Positions 63,032-64,000 of a stretch of DNA of 64,000 bases are shown here, in pieces; the first letter of the stretch is position 1, and each line of letters starts with the position of its first letter. Where the stretch lies: positions 224,001-288,000 of the forward strand of contig CBDCLE010000002.1 in assembly GCA_965218585.1 (NCBI GenBank), in the 5' to 3' direction. Source of the DNA: Terriglobia bacterium. GTDB taxonomy: Bacteria; Acidobacteriota; Terriglobia; 20CM-2-55-15. A program made the translations under genes and the position numbers. Under the pieces are notes generated by a model. It ran no database searches and was not told the origin of the DNA. It saw nothing but the letters and a program-made list of their open reading frames with translations.

Positions 63032-64000
63032 TCAATTGTCTCCGCCCCACGTGTAGTTCATCCGCCCGTAGTAGTAGGCGCCGTTGAAGCCGAACGGCGA
63101 GAACTGGCCGTAGTTGTTGCCGGTGCCCACGGCGGCCAGCGGATTGATCTCCGGGTAGGCGTTCAGGATGTTCTGGCCACCAAATGAAACCTTGACGAAC
63201 TCACCGATCGGGATGCCGAGTTCGATGTCGACGAGCGCCTTGCCCGAGTACAGTCCGTAGAGGGCGGACATGTTGGAGTCGCCGAGGGTTTCTGCCGCCC
63301 AGGTCCGGGCGTCCTCCCGGTCCCAGTACTGTCCGTAGAAGCTCAGGCGGGTGAGCAGGCTCCACCGGTCAGCCGTGTGGTTAACGGCAAAGTTCCACCG
63401 CGTCTCGGGTAACCCGCGCTCGAGTGCGCTGCGGCGGTCGTCGTCAATGGTGTCCGACGTGAATGCCGTGACGTTGGTCGAGGTGTAGTTGAAGACGGCG
63501 CTGAAGACGGTGTTGCTGCCGAGCGCCTCCGGGGCGTAGGTCGTCACGAAGTCGACCCCTTCCGTTTTGGTCGCGAAGTCGTTCACGAAGAAGCGGAACC
63601 TCTGCAGGTTGGCCGCCTCGGCGAACCCGGCTGCGATCAACGCCGCGGTCTCATCCCCTGTGAGCGAGAAGTTCTTCGTGATGCTGAGGCGATCGGAGAC
63701 GTTGATCCGGAAGTAGTCGGCCGTGAATGTGAACTCCCCGGTGTCGACGACCGCCCCGACCGAATAGTTGATCGACTTTTCGGGTTGGAGCGGCATCCCG
63801 CCCCGGAGTGCCGCGGCCGGGTTCGTCGACGGGACCGTGCCGTTGTTGACCAGATCTCCGATGTCGAAGTCGAACTCGGTCGTCACGTTGAACGCATTCT
63901 GCTGGCCGGGCGTCGGCGCGCGGAATCCGCTGCTGATCGCCCCGCGCACAGCGAAGGCTTCGGTGAGCGCGTAGCGCCCGGAGAGTTTGCTGTTCATCGT
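63032..64000 (-). CDS. TonB-dependent receptor, C-terminal part (runs off the window)
   Basis: SSGFRAP, LQPEKSINYSVG, DYFRI, GGQNILNAYP, PFGFNGAYYYGRMNYTW. Confidence 0.9.
   Translation of the reverse strand, partial: TMNSKLSGRYALTEAFAVRGAISSGFRAPTPGQQNAFNVTTEFDFDIGDLVNNGTVPSTNPAAALRGGMPLQPEKSINYSVGAVVDTGEFTFTADYFRINVSDRLSITKNFSLTGDETAALIAAGFAEAANLQRFRFFVNDFATKTEGVDFVTTYAPEALGSNTVFSAVFNYTSTNVTAFTSDTIDDDRRSALERGLPETRWNFAVNHTADRWSLLTRLSFYGQYWDREDARTWAAETLGDSNMSALYGLYSGKALVDIELGIPIGEFVKVSFGGQNILNAYPEINPLAAVGTGNNYGQFSPFGFNGAYYYGRMNYTWGGDN

Overview
64 kb of a bacterial chromosome, most likely Acidobacteriota (an acidobacterial-type VWA protein and the Gld-like ABC/DUF4340 module support this; the many acidic proteins suggest a saline or marine habitat). 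About 0.4-32 kb and 40-50 kb are mostly housekeeping genes: leuS, RNase HI, tRNA-Ile2(CAU), rpoD, dnaG, mutS2, larB, a UbiA-family prenyltransferase, pepP, efp, selA, purH, lysA, two ECF sigma/anti-sigma modules, tRNA-Ser(UGA), ruvC and yebC. Many genes, including essential rpoD, carry 1-bp frameshifts that look like long-read consensus errors. Accessory region 1 (33.8-40.2 kb) holds an SpsF-like cytidylyltransferase split by an IS1182 (CTAG duplication) and a B12-dependent radical SAM gene split inside its CxxxCxxC motif by an IS256 (8-bp duplication). Accessory region 2 (50-64 kb) holds a broken surface-protein gene of about 2900 aa (IPT/TIG, YVTN, NIDO-like and 18 NHL-like blades) truncated by an IS110/IS1111-type element, then an orphan nirK, an IS6, an IS256 remnant and a partial TonB-dependent receptor. 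The strongest leads are: (1) the IS110's ~390-nt downstream non-coding end, which carries candidate bridge/seek-RNA guides matching its own end and its flank around a palindromic CG core; (2) a sigma54 promoter driving an unannotated GGA-rich sRNA or small ORF, just upstream of an ECF operon that has an FNR/CRP-like palindrome; (3) a family of REP/MITE-like inverted repeats. All calls come from reading the sequence; no database searches were run.
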